A stretch of DNA of 24,000 bases from Paenibacillus agilis (GCF_007786455.1 NZ_VNJK01000001.1:1090782-1114781), one strand, 5' to 3'; positions 1 through 8,582 are shown, numbered from the stretch's first letter. Numbers and translations: made by a program. Notes: generated from the letters alone by a model not told the origin.

Positions 1-675
1 GCACATGCGGATCATATTAACGGAACGTCAGGATTCCTTAAAGCACTAGAAGCAGAAGGACAAAAGAAACCTCGGATCGTAGCTTCAAAAGCAACCGCAG
101 AGAAGCTTGCATACGTTGATAGCAAAATTCCTCGTCCAACTGAACTTGTGGCTTGGCCGAAGGGGAAGTTTAAGTTTGAAAATCAAGTTGTAGAACTGCA
201 TGGATTCGATCGGGCTGCACATACAGACGATCATGCGGCTTGGCTCATTAAAGGAGAAAAAGTGCTTCATGCACCAGACTTATTGAATCCGGATCAACCT
301 TCTTTCTGGAATTTTGCAGGCTCTGAGAACTTTGTATATTTAGAGCAAAATTATAAAGATGTGTTGAAGCTAGATTGGAAATGGCTCAATGGCGGACACG
401 GCAACGTGGGCGAGAAAAAAGATATTAACTTCCATCTAGCTTTCATCGCTGATCTGAAAAAAGCAGTCAGTGATGCCATGGTGGCATTGCCTTATGGAAA
501 TTACGTGGATTCAAGTAAAGGAGCACATACCGCATACCTAGCAGAATGGATGGATGCAGTGTCTGTAAAAGCAACAGATACGCTCCGTCCGAAATATGGC
601 AAGCTATACGGTTTCGAACATTCTACACCTGCTAATGCAAAGATGGTTGCATTTAAAATGTATTCTTATCAATAA
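1..675 (+). CDS. MBL-fold metallo-hydrolase (N-terminus lies outside the window)
   Basis: Frame 1 is open from nt 1 (AHADHINGTSGF..., the tail of an HxHxDH zinc motif) and runs into the listed 148..675 ORF. Later ligand-like motifs are LHAPD and GGHGN. Stop codon at 673-675. Confidence 0.7.
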   Translation, partial: AHADHINGTSGFLKALEAEGQKKPRIVASKATAEKLAYVDSKIPRPTELVAWPKGKFKFENQVVELHGFDRAAHTDDHAAWLIKGEKVLHAPDLLNPDQPSFWNFAGSENFVYLEQNYKDVLKLDWKWLNGGHGNVGEKKDINFHLAFIADLKKAVSDAMVALPYGNYVDSSKGAHTAYLAEWMDAVSVKATDTLRPKYGKLYGFEHSTPANAKMVAFKMYSYQ

Positions 676-694
676 TCGTTACTTGTATCAGCTG

Positions 695-720
695 CAGGCT
701 GTCGAGTTGTTGACAGCCTG
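695..720 (+). terminator. Hairpin after the first MBL gene (no U-tract)
   Basis: caggctgtc (695-703) and gacagcctg (712-720) form a perfect 9-bp stem with an 8-nt loop. No T-run follows, so this is a weak or uncertain terminator. Confidence 0.3.
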
Positions 721-808
721 TACTGACTAATATGTACCTCGACGGGGATAATAATTTCGGTTTCGTTAATATAAAATTTGTACTGAATTGCGAAGGAGAG
801 TCTTTCTA

Positions 809-1657
809 GTGACGGCAAACAACCTTAAAGTAGATGTACACCACGCGATAGAGGCTAACGTGAATTCTTATGTATTTTCGGATGATAAAGGTACGTTCAT
901 TATCGATTGTACGCGTAATAGTGAGGAAGCAAGAAAAGTAGCTGCATTAGCTCGTTCGAAAGGTGCTGATCCAGAAACGATATTGATTACGCATGGGCAC
1001 CCAGATCATTATTTGGGGATGGGAGCTATTCTTCAGGAGTTTCCCAATATTCGATTTGTTGTTGCTTCGCAAGGAGTAAAAGACGACATTATTGGTTTTA
1101 CACAGTGGATGGATTCTGTTAACTGGTTAGAAGGCGAACCTCATATGAAGTCGAAGTCTGATCAGAATCCAGACGGTTTTGATTATGAGGGACGTCTCGA
1201 AGTGCTACAGTCAAGCACGCTGCAGCTTCCGGGTGGTGGTGTTTTACAAATTAAGTCGGACTATCCTCCAACAGAATGCGCACATATGACGACTGTATTT
1301 GCAGAAGACCTGAATGCACTGTTTACAATTGACTTAACCTATAACAAAGTTCATATCTGGATGGGCGTTGGGGTTGCGCGCGAACATATTAACAATTGGC
1401 AGGAGCAGTTGGATAAGCTGAAGGAACAATACGGCCCTCTAAATGCAACGATCTATCCAGGACACGGAAATCCGACAGACGTTTCAATATTTGATATTGA
1501 TAAGAAGTATATGAATGACTTGCTGGACACTATCGAGGCATCTAAAAGTGAAGATGAGGCCAAACAGAAGATGATGCAGCTATATCCAGATTGGGAAAAC
1601 ACCGATTTTCTACTTATGCACAGCGTTAAAAATCAGTTTGAACTGGCAAACAAATAA
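809..1657 (+). CDS. MBL-fold metallo-hydrolase
   Basis: The ITHGHPDHYLGMG (HxHxDH) motif and a later PGHG motif are present. I prefer the GTG start at 809, which is in frame with the listed 788 start. GAAGGAGAG (792-800) lies 8 nt upstream of it. Confidence 0.85.
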   Translation: MTANNLKVDVHHAIEANVNSYVFSDDKGTFIIDCTRNSEEARKVAALARSKGADPETILITHGHPDHYLGMGAILQEFPNIRFVVASQGVKDDIIGFTQWMDSVNWLEGEPHMKSKSDQNPDGFDYEGRLEVLQSSTLQLPGGGVLQIKSDYPPTECAHMTTVFAEDLNALFTIDLTYNKVHIWMGVGVAREHINNWQEQLDKLKEQYGPLNATIYPGHGNPTDVSIFDIDKKYMNDLLDTIEASKSEDEAKQKMMQLYPDWENTDFLLMHSVKNQFELANK

Positions 1658-1776
1658 GTTTGACGATGACGGTAGTAGGGGCTGTTCCTGACAAGTAGAG
1701 CGACAGTAAAGCCGGTTATTGTTTCTGAATAATATCATCATACAAAGATTATTTAGGGAACGAGGAGACTTTTTAT

Positions 1777-2625
1777 ATGAATTATCATCGTGAGCCGAGC
1801 ACTTTTGTAAGCCAAGTGAATCTCAAGGTATCGAACTTGAAGCAATCTCTTTCTTTTTACCAAGAGGTTATTGGATTTAAAATTTTAAGCCAAACTGAAA
1901 CGAAAGCGGAATTAACCGCAGATGGGAAAACGATTCTGCTTACTATAGAGCAGCCCGACCAAGTTAAGCCTAAGCAAAAAAATACGACAGGTATGTATCA
2001 TTTTGCACTACTATTGCCTAATCGTTCTGATTTGGCGAGTATTGTGAGACACTTCGCGGAACTGAATATACGTATTGGTTCCGCAGATCATCTTGTGAGT
2101 GAAGCATTGTATTTGGCGGATCCGGATGGTAATGAAATTGAAATTTATATCGACCGTAATCCGTCCGTTTGGAGCTGGAGTGGTGGCAATGTAGCAATGG
2201 CGACTGATCCATTAAATTTCAATGATCTTCTCACTCGAGAGCAGGAGATTGAGTGGAATGGACTTCCAGCGGGCACAATTATGGGGCATATCCATCTACA
2301 TGTATCCCAGCTCGCTGAAGCGGAACATTTTTACACACAAGGACTTGGTTTTGAAGTGATGAATCGCTATGGGGCACAAGCACTTTTCATCTCGACAGGG
2401 AAATATCATCATCACATCGGATTAAATACTTGGGCGGGTATTGGTGCTCCACCTCCTGCTCCGAATAGTGTAGGGCTCGAATCCTATTTACTTGTGCTCC
2501 CGAGTGAGGAAGCCAGAAATCATATTATAGCTCAGCTCAAAAACATCGGTGCTCCTGTTCAAGAGGAAAACGGTTATTATGTCACTGAAGACCCTTCAGG
2601 TAATAGGATTCAACTTCACGTATAA
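1777..2625 (+). CDS. catE: Two-domain VOC/glyoxalase-fold ring-cleaving dioxygenase (catechol 2,3-dioxygenase, CatE/YfiE-like)
   Basis: Recalled resemblance to B. subtilis CatE: AELTADGK, TGMYHFALLLP, DHLVSEALYLADPDGNEIE, GHIHLHV, YHHHIGLNTWAG. The SD sequence GAGGAG lies upstream of ATG 1777. Confidence 0.7.
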   Translation: MNYHREPSTFVSQVNLKVSNLKQSLSFYQEVIGFKILSQTETKAELTADGKTILLTIEQPDQVKPKQKNTTGMYHFALLLPNRSDLASIVRHFAELNIRIGSADHLVSEALYLADPDGNEIEIYIDRNPSVWSWSGGNVAMATDPLNFNDLLTREQEIEWNGLPAGTIMGHIHLHVSQLAEAEHFYTQGLGFEVMNRYGAQALFISTGKYHHHIGLNTWAGIGAPPPAPNSVGLESYLLVLPSEEARNHIIAQLKNIGAPVQEENGYYVTEDPSGNRIQLHV

Positions 2626-2683
2626 TAATCGAGGCCATTGAATGCAGTAGTGCTATAACAGCTTTAAAGGGGAATGAAATACG

Positions 2684-3760
2684 ATGCAAACGATTATGAA
2701 ATCTGAAAAGTCGGGAATCGAAATTGGTGTATACACACTTGCTGATCTAGGTAAAGATCCCCATACAGGGCAGATGATTAGTTCTAGGCAGCGCATAAAG
2801 GAAATTATTGAAGTAGCTAAATTCGCTGATGAAGCGGGACTTGATGTGTTTGGAGTTGGTGAACATCATCGATTGGACTATGCGGTATCGTCACCGGCAG
2901 TTATATTAGCAGCGATTGCCCAGCAAACCAAGCAAATTAAACTAACGAGTGCAACTACAGTTTTAAGTACAGTTGACCCAGTTCGGCTGTTCGAAGATTT
3001 TTCTACTTTGGATTTACTTTCGGATGGACGAGCTGAGATCATTGTTGGTAGAGGGGCTTTCATAGAATCATTTTCATTATTCGGCTACGACATTAACGAC
3101 TATGATGCTCTATTTTCAGAACATCTAGATTTACTCTTACAATTAAACGCTAATGAGTCGCTCACATGGAACGGCCGCTTCCGCTCTTCTTTGCATAATG
3201 CTGAGATTGCACCTCGTCCTGTTCAAAGTCAATTGCCTGTCTGGGTGGGCGTTGGCGGTACACCTGAAAGTGCAATACGTGCTGGAAAAATGGGAGTTGG
3301 CATGGCACTTGCTATTTTAGGCGGCAATCCAAAGAAATTTATGCCACTAGTTGACATTTATCGCAAAGCCGGTGCTGAAGCAGGTCATTCTCCAGAAAAC
3401 CTAAACGTTAGTGTGACAGGGCACAGCTATATCGCGAAGACTACGCAACAAGCAAAAAAAGAATTCTATCCTTATTATTCTAATTATTGGTCGTATGTGA
3501 ATAGCCAACGCGGGATGGGTAATAGAATTATTTCTATTGAAGATTTTGAACATATGACAAGTCCTGATACAGCTTTGTTTGTGGGCAGCCCGCAACAAAT
3601 TGTTGAAAAGATCTTAAGCCAATACGAGATGTTTGGTCATAAACGCTTTATTGCTCAGCTTGATATCGGCGGTTTACCGTTTGATAAAGTAATGAAAAGC
3701 ATTGAACTACTAGCTTCTGAAGTAGTTCCTATAGTTCGGAAAGAAACTAGTAAATCATAA
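2684..3760 (+). CDS. LLM-class (luciferase-like) flavin-dependent oxidoreductase
   Basis: The N-terminus FGVGEHHRLDYAVSSPAVILAAIA...IKLTSATTVLST.DPVRLFEDFSTLDLLSDGRAEIIVGRGAF is typical of the LLM family. The SD sequence AAGGGGA lies upstream. Confidence 0.85.
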   Translation: MQTIMKSEKSGIEIGVYTLADLGKDPHTGQMISSRQRIKEIIEVAKFADEAGLDVFGVGEHHRLDYAVSSPAVILAAIAQQTKQIKLTSATTVLSTVDPVRLFEDFSTLDLLSDGRAEIIVGRGAFIESFSLFGYDINDYDALFSEHLDLLLQLNANESLTWNGRFRSSLHNAEIAPRPVQSQLPVWVGVGGTPESAIRAGKMGVGMALAILGGNPKKFMPLVDIYRKAGAEAGHSPENLNVSVTGHSYIAKTTQQAKKEFYPYYSNYWSYVNSQRGMGNRIISIEDFEHMTSPDTALFVGSPQQIVEKILSQYEMFGHKRFIAQLDIGGLPFDKVMKSIELLASEVVPIVRKETSKS

Positions 3761-3768
3761 AAGAAAAT

Positions 3769-3820
3769 AAAGGATTAGACTCGAAAGAATGAATTGCTTT
3801 TGGGTCTAATCCTTTATTTT
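3769..3820 (+). terminator. Intrinsic terminator of the LLM gene
   Basis: aaaggattagac (3769-3780) pairs perfectly (12 bp) with gtctaatccttt (3804-3815). ATTTT follows. Confidence 0.65.
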
Positions 3821-3946
3821 GTTCCGACAATACATCCTGATCAATAACATACATGTTCATCACTAATAATGTACATAATTTTCACAAGGGAAGGTTATTT
3901 TCATTTACATACTATTCTTGACTCTACCAAAAGAATGGCGTTTGAC

Positions 3947-3975
3947 TTGACTGCAACATATTCGTTCTATATATT
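3947..3975 (+). promoter_or_regulatory. Sigma-A-type promoter of the MarR gene
   Basis: TTGACT (3947-3952), 17-nt spacer, TATATT (3970-3975). Confidence 0.5.
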
Positions 3976-3993
3976 TTAATGAATAAAATATAT
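3969..3993. promoter_or_regulatory. Perfect inverted repeat overlapping the MarR -10 (candidate MarR operator)
   Basis: atatatttta (3969-3978), spacer atgaa, taaaatatat (3984-3993). The arms are 10 bp and perfect. Confidence 0.45.
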
Positions 3994-4020
3994 GCTTATT
4001 AAAATATAGGAGGATGTCCA

Positions 4021-4440
4021 GTGGCGGATAACCATAAAGAGTTTGTAGATATACAAGCCATCATGATGGACATGCGTCTCGTACAGCAGAAATCAAAAGC
4101 TTTCATCGATATACTGACGAGTAATGATGTGTTGTCGCAAAATCATATTACCCTGTTGATGGATTTAAAATTAAACGGGAGCATGCGCATAACGGAAATC
4201 GCTGAACGCTTCATTATTACAGCTGGTGCGGCAACTTCCATGTGTGACAAGCTAGAAGAACAGCAATTGGTATGCAGAATTCGTTCAAAGGAAGACCGTA
4301 GAGTGGTTATGGTGGCTCTAACGAAAGCAGGAGAAGATAAGGTATATGAGATTTTTACAAGGATTCCAGCTCAAAAACTGCGTACGATTTCCGATGTGTT
4401 TAGACAAGTGAATGACCTTATGTCCCAAATTGTCGATTAA
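4021..4440 (+). CDS. MarR-family transcriptional regulator
   Basis: Winged-HTH region MRITEIAERFIITAGAATSMCDKLEEQQLVCRIRSKEDRRVVMVALTKAGEDK. GTG start lies 6 nt after TAGGAGGA (4007-4014). Confidence 0.85.
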   Translation: MADNHKEFVDIQAIMMDMRLVQQKSKAFIDILTSNDVLSQNHITLLMDLKLNGSMRITEIAERFIITAGAATSMCDKLEEQQLVCRIRSKEDRRVVMVALTKAGEDKVYEIFTRIPAQKLRTISDVFRQVNDLMSQIVD

Positions 4441-4486
4441 AGATAGGCTGCTGCATAGTGACGTGGCGGCTTCCGTATGAATAGGT

Positions 4487-4517
4487 CAGCCAGAGATTTC
4501 TGGTTGGCTTATTTTTT
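4487..4517 (+). terminator. Terminator-like hairpin after the MarR gene
   Basis: cagccaga (4487-4494) pairs imperfectly with tctggttggct (4499-4509). TATTTTTT follows. Confidence 0.45.
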
Positions 4518-4543
4518 GTATGTGTTTATGTTTATGGGTGTTA

Positions 4544-4572
4544 TTGACAATATAAGATTTTGAAATTATATT
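4544..4572 (+). promoter_or_regulatory. Sigma-A-type promoter of the bactofilin-like gene
   Basis: TTGACA (4544-4549), 17-nt spacer, TATATT (4567-4572). The 13-mer tatatattttaat (4579-4591) sits at the predicted transcription start site (TSS) and is identical to 3968-3980 in the MarR promoter. Confidence 0.6.
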
Positions 4573-4617
4573 GATAGTTATATATTTTAATAGTTAAAAC
4601 ATTTATCTTCTAAAATA

Positions 4618-5265
4618 ATGACAGAAATACTTATGGGGGCGGCGAGTGTAGTGGAAACAGCAGAACATATACGGATTAATGGAGCAGGGACGTATCGTCA
4701 AGATATTCAGTCCAAAAGCGTACATGTTGCAGGTCATGGTCGATTTGAGGGCAGTATTAGCACAGACAGTTTCAAAAGCTCGGGTTCTTGTCATGTAAAA
4801 GGGCATTGTAGTGCGAAGCAGCTGTCTAGTGCTGGTCATGGACATTTTCACTCCATAAGTGCAGAACGGATCGATTGTTCTGGCTCATTTCGAGCTGATC
4901 AATCCGTGGATACACAATCATTTTCTGCAAAAGGCAGTGTTATAATTGGGGACACGTTGACAGCTGGAGATGTAAATATTCGTTCGCAGGGAGTGACTTC
5001 TTCCATTAAACATCTCATTGCAGAGGGAACGATCGAGATCGGCATAGAGCGACGTGCATTTTTAAATTTATTTTCATTGGGGAATAAGAAGGTAGTTTGC
5101 TCTAGTATAAAGGGACGTAAGGTTGAAGTGAGTTATGTAGAAGCCAATCTTATTATTGGAGAGGATATTCGAATTGGCCCGAAATGCAAGATCGGTGAAG
5201 TTCGATACTCAAAACAGCTGGATATCGATCCAAGCTCGGTTGTGGAACGTACGGTACAAATTTAA
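4618..5265 (+). CDS. Polymer-forming cytoskeletal (bactofilin/DUF583-like) beta-helix protein, His/Cys-rich
   Basis: Repetitive pattern I.I.G.G...G.I....V.V.G.G..(INGAGTY, VHVAGHGRFEGSI, SSGSCHVKGH, SAGHGHFHSI, CSGSFRA, AKGSVIIGD). There is no clear SD sequence, so the start (4618 or 4633) is uncertain. Confidence 0.5.
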   Translation: MTEILMGAASVVETAEHIRINGAGTYRQDIQSKSVHVAGHGRFEGSISTDSFKSSGSCHVKGHCSAKQLSSAGHGHFHSISAERIDCSGSFRADQSVDTQSFSAKGSVIIGDTLTAGDVNIRSQGVTSSIKHLIAEGTIEIGIERRAFLNLFSLGNKKVVCSSIKGRKVEVSYVEANLIIGEDIRIGPKCKIGEVRYSKQLDIDPSSVVERTVQI

Positions 5266-5292
5266 AATGTAGGAATAAGAACAGAAGCTTTA

Positions 5293-5394
5293 ATGGGAAC
5301 GCTTCGAATATGGGGTATTGTAATCGGTATAGATCTATTGATTACGCTTAGTTATTTTATATGGCCAAGAGAAAAGAAGAAGTTTGTGAAGTAA
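5293..5394 (+). CDS. Possible 33-aa membrane peptide (MGTLRIWGIVIGIDLLITLSYFIWPREKKKFVK)
   Basis: Read by hand and not in the ORF track. It has one hydrophobic helix and a basic tail, sits directly after the bactofilin-like gene, and has only a weak SD sequence. Confidence 0.2.
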   Translation: MGTLRIWGIVIGIDLLITLSYFIWPREKKKFVK

Positions 5395-5499
5395 GAAGAT
5401 TATCTTTTAAAAATGGATAAGCCTTTCAATAAAGTTAGAGATGGAAGGCTCTTAGCTGGCTGAGTACATAACATAAAAAAACAGCTCCTTTTCGAACAG

Positions 5500-5538
5500 T
5501 TGCCACCTGGAATGAAGATTATCCATTCTAGGTGGCAA
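5500..5538. terminator. Hairpin between convergent genes
   Basis: ttgccacctggaatg (5500-5514) pairs with cattctaggtggcaa (5524-5538), 15 bp with one mismatch. There is no adjacent clean U-tract on either strand. Confidence 0.4.
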
Positions 5539-5586
5539 TGTTTACATGAAAACAATAAAAATTAATAAATTCCTACACAAAAAACA

Positions 5587-5895
5587 TTATCCAGCGTTAC
5601 GTTCCATCACAAGCACCGTACAACCCTTTTCAGACCATGGTTCATGTTCTGTATTAGGTCCATAACAGAGATAAGAACCTGCTTCATACTCAACATCATT
5701 GCTGATAAGAGCTCCATCTAATACGAATAATTCCTCAGTATCCTTATGCGTGTGTTGAGGGAATTTTGCCCCCGGTGCAAATCGCACAACATAACGCAGT
5801 TCATCATTTTCATCTCGTAATGGAATTTGCTCTATACCATCCACAACAAACTTCCACTCACTGTTTGTGATATCAACGGAAAAGAAATTTTTCAT
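5587..5895 (-). CDS. Cupin-domain protein
   Basis: Cupin motifs FAPGAKFPQHTHKDTEELFVLDG and YGPNTEHEP. The SD sequence GAAGGAG lies upstream. The gene is divergent from a LysR gene. Confidence 0.8.
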   Translation of the reverse strand: MKNFFSVDITNSEWKFVVDGIEQIPLRDENDELRYVVRFAPGAKFPQHTHKDTEELFVLDGALISNDVEYEAGSYLCYGPNTEHEPWSEKGCTVLVMERNAG

Positions 5896-5938
5896 GTTAT
5901 CATCTCCTTCTATGCAAATCGTAACTTACGATGATATA

Positions 5939-5955
5939 TTGTTCAATATGAACAA
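5939..5955. promoter_or_regulatory. Dyad-symmetric site in the cupin/LysR divergent region (candidate LysR-type operator)
   Basis: TTGTTCA-ATA-TGAACAA has perfect 7-bp arms. Related TGAACT half-sites repeat at 5959-5964 and 5980-5985. Confidence 0.45.
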
Positions 5956-5985
5956 AAATGAACTATTCTTCAGGAGAAATGAACT

Positions 5986-6857
5986 ATGGAAATTCGTTTG
6001 TTACAGACATTTCAAGCTGTTGTCCAATGTGGTAGTCAGATAAAAGCAGCAAATCTGCTGCAATACGCACAATCTACCATCACCTTACACATCAATCAAT
6101 TAGAAGAAAATCTCGGCATTGAACTGTTTGAGCGCAAAGGAAAACAAATGGTGCTAACCGAAGCCGGAAGACTTGTGAAAGAACGGCAGATATTTTATTA
6201 AATCAAGTGGATGTAATCACCGAAACTGCAAAAGAATTTTCAATCGGTCAGAAAGGACTTATTCGGATTGGGGCAATTGATTCTATTGGCAAAACAAATT
6301 TGATTTCTGTACTAACAGCGTTTATGAAAGACCATCCACAAATTTGTCTTTCTATCGAAAGTGGCGTAACCCAACAATTTAGTCAACGGATTATCGCTAA
6401 TGAACTTGATATTGCATTATGTCCTCCTCCATCGCCAGAATTAAATCTTGAATTTTATCCGCTATATGAAGACAAGCTTTGTTTAATACTGCCAATCGAC
6501 CATCCATTATCTACACAGAAAAAAATTAACATGTCTGATTTAGAAGATGAAAATTTCATTTTAACTGGACAATTGTGTGAATATCGACGAAAAATAGAGC
6601 ATGTTTTTCTTCATCATGGCTTTCATTTACACTCTAAGTACGATGCGGCGAATATGGAGATGGTTTTAAATCTTGTACTACAGGGGTTTGGTATTGCTAT
6701 GCTGCCTAGCAATTTCGTTGCCAATTCACATCAATACGCTATTCGTGACATCGATGGTATTTCATCCGCTTTACCTGTTGGATTAATTCGTCAAAAAAAT
6801 AAAGTCCTTAGCCCTGCTACAGAAAAATTGATAGCTAACATATTCTCTTCCTGCTAA
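5986..6857 (+). pseudogene. LysR-family transcriptional regulator interrupted by a frameshift
   Basis: The HTH part (5986-6201, ...TEAGRLVKER) stops at TAA 6199. The other frame reads ADILLNQVDVITETAKEF... from 6186 through the substrate-binding domain to 6857. One nt appears to be missing between 6159 and 6199. Confidence 0.8.
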
Positions 6858-6982
6858 ACAAGTACAAAAAAGCGCAAGTACACCACAGGTTCTTAACTTG
6901 ATGGCCATGAGGTTCAAGCAGTAAAGAGCTAAGAGTGAAATTGCTGAGTCACTGTCATTTTAATGAATATAAAAATCCGCAC

Positions 6983-7011
6983 TTGACTGCTAGGAATAAT
7001 GTGGATAATAT
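6983..7011 (+). promoter_or_regulatory. Sigma-A-type promoter upstream of the sulfotransferase leader
   Basis: TTGACT (6983-6988), 17-nt spacer, TAATAT (7006-7011). Confidence 0.5.
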
Positions 7012-7056
7012 AATCCCAATACATTTACATAGGCAACAGCCGATTGGATCACCAAA

Positions 7057-7110
7057 GGCTCATGTATCTTTTAAGCTTTCAAGCTGATAGAGAGACATGA
7101 GTCTTTTTTA
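7057..7110 (+). terminator. Intrinsic-terminator-like hairpin inside the leader (attenuator, or the end of a small RNA)
   Basis: ggctcatgtatct (7057-7069) pairs with agagacatgagtc (7091-7103), with one mismatch and one G-T pair. There is an inner AGCT..AGCT helix. TTTTTT (7104-7109) follows, only 30 nt before ATG 7140. Confidence 0.55.
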
Positions 7111-7139
7111 TTTCCTAGAGAGTGAGAGGAGTATGAAAT

Positions 7140-8582
7140 ATGGGACATCCTACGATTTATCCAACGGGAACAACGGTTTACAAGCCAGAGCAGGCATGGA
7201 GTGGATATACACTGTATCAAGCGGCAGATACGGGAGCGCTCCTTATTGATATGAATGGTCGAGAGGTTCATCTTTGGAAAGGGCTGCGTGGATTTCCAAA
7301 CAAGCTGTTGCCTGGCGGTTATGTACTTGGAAGTACGGCACAACGTGATACAAGATACGGGTTTCAGGATGAAAAAAACTTAGTTCAAGTCGACTGGCAT
7401 GGCAATATTGTCTGGAAGTTCGACCGCTATGAATGGATTGAAGATCCCGACAATCCAGCGCAGTGGATGGCGCGTCAGCATCATGATTATCAGCGTGAAG
7501 GCAATCCTGTCGGTTATTATGTGCCAGGGCAGGAGCCGAAGGTAGATGCTGGTCGTACGCTTCTGCTTGTCCATAAAAATGTAACTCGTCCGAACATTTC
7601 GGATAAGCTGCTGCTGGATGATGTCCTTATTGAAGTGGACTGGGAGGGAAATATCCTCTGGGAGTGGGCGTGCAGTGATCATTTCGATGAACTGGGCTTT
7701 GATGAGCAGGCGAAGGAAGTACTGTATCGCGACCCGAACACGAGATTCTTTGGTGCGAATGCAGGGGATTGGATGCATATTAATTCCGTTTCGGTATTAG
7801 GTCCGAACAAGTTCTACGATGCTGGCGATGAGCGTTTCCATCCAGACAATATTATTTGGGATGCCCGCGAGTCTAACATTATTGCCATTATAGACAAGCA
7901 ATCTGGGAAGATTGTATGGAAGCTGGGGCCGAATTACGACACAGAGGAAACGAAGCATCTCGGCTGGATTATTGGTCAGCATCACGCGCATCTTATTCCG
8001 AAAGGATTACCTGGTGAAGGGAATTTGCTCGTATTTGATAACGGGGGCTGGGCAGGCTACGGTGTGCCAAATCCAGAGTCTGCGGACGGGCTGAGGGTAG
8101 CTCGGCGGGATCATTCTCGTATTTTAGAAATCAATCCAGTAACGTTGGAGATTGAGTGGCAGTATACGCCGACTGAAGCGGGATTTCAGGCTCCGCTTGA
8201 TTCTTATCGTTTCTATAGTCCATATATTAGCTCGGCGCAGCGTCTTCCTAATGGCAATACGTTAATTACAGAAGGGGCTGACGGTAGAATTTTCGAGGTG
8301 ACTCGGGAGCATGAACTGGTGTGGGAGTATATTTCTCCTTATAAAAATCAACGGAATGCCAATATGGTCTATCGGGCATATCGTGTGCCTTATGAGTGGG
8401 TGCCTCAGCTAGAACAGCCAGAAGAGGTTGCTATTTTGCCGATTGATGTGGCTGATTTCCGCTTGCCAGGTGCGGCTCCGCGAGGAGCGATTACAGCCGT
8501 TGAAGTAGAAGGTACAACAGCAGAATATGCTGAAGGAGCGTTATGCGTGGCAAGAATCGATGAAACGGAGCGTAAGGAATAA
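7140..8582 (+). CDS. Aryl-sulfate sulfotransferase (ASST) family beta-propeller protein, cytoplasmic type
   Basis: The N-terminus MGHPTIYPTGTTVYKPEQAWSGYTLY and internal GDWMHINSV, QHHAHLIP and LVFDNGG recall the ASST family. There is no signal peptide. The SD sequence GAGGAG lies 8 nt upstream. Confidence 0.6.
   Translation: MGHPTIYPTGTTVYKPEQAWSGYTLYQAADTGALLIDMNGREVHLWKGLRGFPNKLLPGGYVLGSTAQRDTRYGFQDEKNLVQVDWHGNIVWKFDRYEWIEDPDNPAQWMARQHHDYQREGNPVGYYVPGQEPKVDAGRTLLLVHKNVTRPNISDKLLLDDVLIEVDWEGNILWEWACSDHFDELGFDEQAKEVLYRDPNTRFFGANAGDWMHINSVSVLGPNKFYDAGDERFHPDNIIWDARESNIIAIIDKQSGKIVWKLGPNYDTEETKHLGWIIGQHHAHLIPKGLPGEGNLLVFDNGGWAGYGVPNPESADGLRVARRDHSRILEINPVTLEIEWQYTPTEAGFQAPLDSYRFYSPYISSAQRLPNGNTLITEGADGRIFEVTREHELVWEYISPYKNQRNANMVYRAYRVPYEWVPQLEQPEEVAILPIDVADFRLPGAAPRGAITAVEVEGTTAEYAEGALCVARIDETERKE

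Noticed and set aside
6859-6881. CAAGTAC word occurring twice after the LysR gene and resembling the heptamer array at 22500-22527
   Set aside because: Two 7-mers 16 nt apart, in a different context, are compatible with chance. There is no phased array here.
7089-7135. TRAP-like GAG/UAG triplet repeats around the sulfotransferase leader terminator
   Set aside because: Only a handful of GAG triplets are present and their spacing is irregular. TRAP sites need about 9-11 triplets separated by 2-3 nt.
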